DNA of 64,000 nt from an uncultured Candidatus Saccharibacteria bacterium (GTDB lineage Bacteria; Patescibacteriota; Minisyncoccia; Phycocordibacterales; CALRHW01): positions 178,448 through 242,447 of the forward strand of contig CAYMIL010000001.1 of the NCBI GenBank assembly GCA_964390845.1. Direction: 5' to 3'. The position numbers and the translations under genes are program-made. Every line of letters starts with the position of its first letter. Position 1 is the stretch's first letter. Shown here piece after piece: positions 61,542 through 64,000 of this stretch. The notes under the pieces are model-generated. The model was not told the origin of the DNA and searched no databases. It worked only from the letters and a program-made list of their open reading frames with translations.

Positions 61542-62225
61542 TTAGCCGTGCATTGAGCAGAAGAGATTGTTGAGCTTCTGCTTTGTGTATACATACACAT
61601 ATCCTGTCGGAGCAACATCAGTGCCCCACGGAGCGAGGATTTCTGAAGCGTATCGCCCCTGAAATGCCTTTACAGCTGAAAGTGTTGCATCATCAAACGT
61701 ACCAGACAAAGGTGCTGTGAAGCCAAGCTCTGTGAGGAAAAACTGGAGTCGGACCATTTCCATACGATCATTATTGAGACCCTGCTTGAGGTATGTGCTG
61801 ATCAATGAGCAACCCTCCCCCGCAGAAGTCGAAGCACCGAGTACCTCTCCCTGAATTGGTGAAGAGAACAATGAACCACCAACAGAAGAACCTCGAGAAG
61901 AGCCAGACGTTGTGCCACCACCATTACCATCAGTGTCTTCACCGCCAGTATCGCCTTCATCATCTGTTCTGTTTCCTGCATCACCATGATGTCCTCGGCC
62001 TGTTGAGGTAAGAACATGTGTGTTGTCGATAACATCAACTTTATCGTGAGAAAGTGTTGGCTCCTGAGTATCTGATGTTTCTGTACTCACCATCGGATCA
62101 CCCACGCCGACAATTACAATATCACTTTCCACACCCGCCTCATCAGCAAATACTGCGCCCGGCACAAATCCAAGAGACGCAACCATGGCAACGAGAGCAA
62201 CAATCTTTTTATGCATACGTGTCAT
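61542..62225 (-). CDS. Secreted protein with a Gly-rich linker and a C-terminal peptidoglycan-binding-like domain
   Basis: Signal peptide (MHKKIVALVAMVASLGFVPGAVFA); GGEDTDGNGGGTTSG linker; C-terminal LKQGLNNDRMEMVRLQFFLTELGF...AVKAFQ of PG_binding_1 type. Confidence 0.7.
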   Translation of the reverse strand: MTRMHKKIVALVAMVASLGFVPGAVFADEAGVESDIVIVGVGDPMVSTETSDTQEPTLSHDKVDVIDNTHVLTSTGRGHHGDAGNRTDDEGDTGGEDTDGNGGGTTSGSSRGSSVGGSLFSSPIQGEVLGASTSAGEGCSLISTYLKQGLNNDRMEMVRLQFFLTELGFTAPLSGTFDDATLSAVKAFQGRYASEILAPWGTDVAPTGYVYVYTKQKLNNLFCSMHG

Positions 62226-62334
62226 ATTCATTAACTTATAACCGCTGTTAGCTTGGCTTATTTCTACTTGAATACTGACCATTTGTCAACATCTCGAAAA
62301 AAACGAGTATTTCAACATGTTACAATAACTATGC

Positions 62335-63078
62335 ATGATGAGTCCTTATACAGATTACACACTTCTCCTTACCGTTACTGTCTGCGGCGGCATCCTCCCT
62401 GCCCTGTTTTGGTTGTGGTTTTGGCTTCATGAGGACAACAAATCTCCTGAGCCTCGCGGACTTATTATTCGAGCGTTTCTCGCGGGGGCAGTGGCGGTAC
62501 CACTTGTGTTGCCGTTTCAATTTATTGTTTCAAAATACGTGGCAGGCTATTCTGTACTCGTATTTTTACTCTGGGCATGCATCGAGGAGCTCTTTAAGTT
62601 TGGCGCAACCTTCTTTACTATCTTTCACCGCAGAGAAATGGACGAGCCTATTGATGTAGTGATCTACCTTATCACCGCGGCACTTGGCTTTGTCGCGCTT
62701 GAAAACGTATTATTCCTCTCCTCACCGATTCTTCAGGAGTTTTCAACGCCATTTCAGGTCATCGGCACGCGCGCAGTCGGCACAATGATCGACACCGTCA
62801 TCACTGGCAACTTGCGTTTTATGGGGGCGAGTCTGCTACACGTTATCGCCTCTGCAACAGTGGGCATTATGATTGCGTTGGTCTTTTATCGAGGTGTGCG
62901 TGCCCGTTTTAAAGCAACATTACTTGGATTATCCCTCGCAACAGTATTGCATGCTGTCTTCAACTTCTTTATAATATACAAGAACGGAGAGAATACACTG
63001 ATTGTGTTCTCAATCCTGTGGCTGATGATTGCAGTCTTGATGTTATTTTTCGAAAAAATAAAAACTTTAGCACATTAA
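62335..63078 (+). CDS. PrsW-family intramembrane metalloprotease
   Basis: Multi-TM protein with an EELFKFGA (EExxK) motif, FxxxH and HAVFNF motifs. Confidence 0.75.
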   Translation: MMSPYTDYTLLLTVTVCGGILPALFWLWFWLHEDNKSPEPRGLIIRAFLAGAVAVPLVLPFQFIVSKYVAGYSVLVFLLWACIEELFKFGATFFTIFHRREMDEPIDVVIYLITAALGFVALENVLFLSSPILQEFSTPFQVIGTRAVGTMIDTVITGNLRFMGASLLHVIASATVGIMIALVFYRGVRARFKATLLGLSLATVLHAVFNFFIIYKNGENTLIVFSILWLMIAVLMLFFEKIKTLAH

Positions 63079-63086
63079 AAAGCAGT

Positions 63087-63557
63087 ATGGCACAAAAACG
63101 ATCATTCTTTGAGAGACTCACCGGCGCCGTAAGGGTTGTCGACGATTTAGACATGGACGAACAGCGTGACGACCTCGCTGAGCGAACCATCTCTACACGA
63201 GAAATGATTGACGAAGACACAGGCGAAGGCGAACTCACTGTTGATGTCTACCAAACATCAAGCGACATTATCATCAAGACGATGGTTGCGGGTGTACGAC
63301 CAGAAGATCTCGATATCGCAATCACTCGAGACACTGTCACGATTAAAGGAAAGCGCGAATCTGAGCGCCTTGTCCGCGACGAAGACTACTTCCACCGCGA
63401 ATTATACTGGGGTAGCTTCTCACGCACCATCATGTTGCCTCAAGAAGTAGAGATCGACGAGGCGGAGGCAGTAGAAAAACACGGACTCCTCATCATCAAA
63501 CTCCCGAAGCTCGATAAATCCAAACAAGCAAAACTCCGCGTTAAAAATAACGGATAA
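63087..63557 (+). CDS. Hsp20/alpha-crystallin small heat-shock protein
   Basis: Alpha-crystallin domain (LTVDVYQTSSDIIIKTMVAGVRPEDLDIAI...GLLIIKLPK). The start is at the internal ATG with an A-rich leader. Confidence 0.85.
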   Translation: MAQKRSFFERLTGAVRVVDDLDMDEQRDDLAERTISTREMIDEDTGEGELTVDVYQTSSDIIIKTMVAGVRPEDLDIAITRDTVTIKGKRESERLVRDEDYFHRELYWGSFSRTIMLPQEVEIDEAEAVEKHGLLIIKLPKLDKSKQAKLRVKNNG

Positions 63558-63566
63558 AAAAAGAGA

Positions 63567-63600
63567 GGGCCGCGCAGCAATACGCTGCGCGGCCCTTTGT
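63567..63600. terminator. Bidirectional terminator between hsp20 (+) and GC-rich cassette G (-)
   Basis: aaaaaaagagaGGGCCGCGCAGCaataCGCTGCGCGGCCCtttgt. Confidence 0.8.
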
Positions 63601-63620
63601 CTGTGTGTACCTGTACCAGT

Positions 63621-64000
63621 TCAGCTCACCCACCAGTACGGCACCATCTTCTTCTTCGGATGGTCGTACGTATGGATTCTGATCCAAAAATCCACCTTCT
63701 CGCGCGCAGAAGAGATCAGCTCGTTGCGCAGGTCTTCGCGCGCAATGACAAACTGGTCGAAACTCGACAAACTCCTGTAGAGCGACCCGTAGCGGACAAG
63801 CATGTTGCGAACACTGACGAATTCTCCCGCCTCCTCGTAGCGGTCGAGCGCCTCCTTGAGGAAACGCATCACCGCTTGGCAATCAAGCCGAGCCTCCATC
63901 GTCTTCGCGGGGTTGTAGGACGACCCCAAAAAGAGCAACATCGCCCCAACCCGAAGCTCAAGTTCACGGCAGACGTGCGGAACGATGCGCAGATGCACGG
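63621..64000 (-). CDS. GC-rich cassette G: C-terminal part of a hypothetical protein whose gene continues past the right edge of the window
   Basis: Open frame in a ~60% GC segment reaching the window boundary; no family recognised. Confidence 0.45.
   Translation of the reverse strand, partial: VHLRIVPHVCRELELRVGAMLLFLGSSYNPAKTMEARLDCQAVMRFLKEALDRYEEAGEFVSVRNMLVRYGSLYRSLSSFDQFVIAREDLRNELISSAREKVDFWIRIHTYDHPKKKMVPYWWVS

Overview
This 64 kb window is a compact, low-GC chromosomal segment with a reduced-genome (CPR/Saccharibacteria-like) gene repertoire. Most of it is housekeeping: an rpoB-rpoC-dnaG-rpoD block, rpsP-KH-trmD, rnr, a short smc, rpmF-nusB(Nudix fusion)-rnc, rnhB, dnaE, thrS, zur-zupT, clpB, infB-rbfA, gyrA, rpsA, pth, lepB, rpsU-ybeY, ftsA-ftsZ, trxB, tsaD, hsp20 and seven tRNAs. 

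The main anomaly is a set of about eight sharply delimited high-GC coding cassettes scattered through the low-GC backbone. Each cassette is a single CDS, or at most three. Each is driven by a host-like AT-rich near-consensus sigma70 promoter, several of which share the -35 context TTGACTTTT, and each ends at a strong intrinsic terminator. The largest cassette (35.4-38.7 kb) is threaded through a four-tRNA cluster and encodes an unknown soluble protein, an SPFH/flotillin-like protein and a 3-TM protein with WMRxK repeats. The other cassettes encode a MYG1/UPF0160-like hydrolase, several unknown soluble or membrane proteins, and one protein truncated by the right window edge. 

Directly downstream of the tRNA island is a tandem array of six paralogous small secreted two-TM proteins with a VirB2/TrbC-pilin-like topology, followed by an orphan solute-binding protein. 

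Other notable points: a NusB-Nudix fusion, a hinge-less 761-aa SMC, a catalytically dead HtrA-like protein, a HisRS-like protein with degenerate catalytic motifs, a GC-rich noncoding stretch bounded by hairpins, and a cluster of large cell-surface proteins (CAP domain, FG-GAP repeats, PG-binding domains). 

No CRISPR array, transposase or integrase is visible. All coordinates of small motifs are approximate to about 2 nt.
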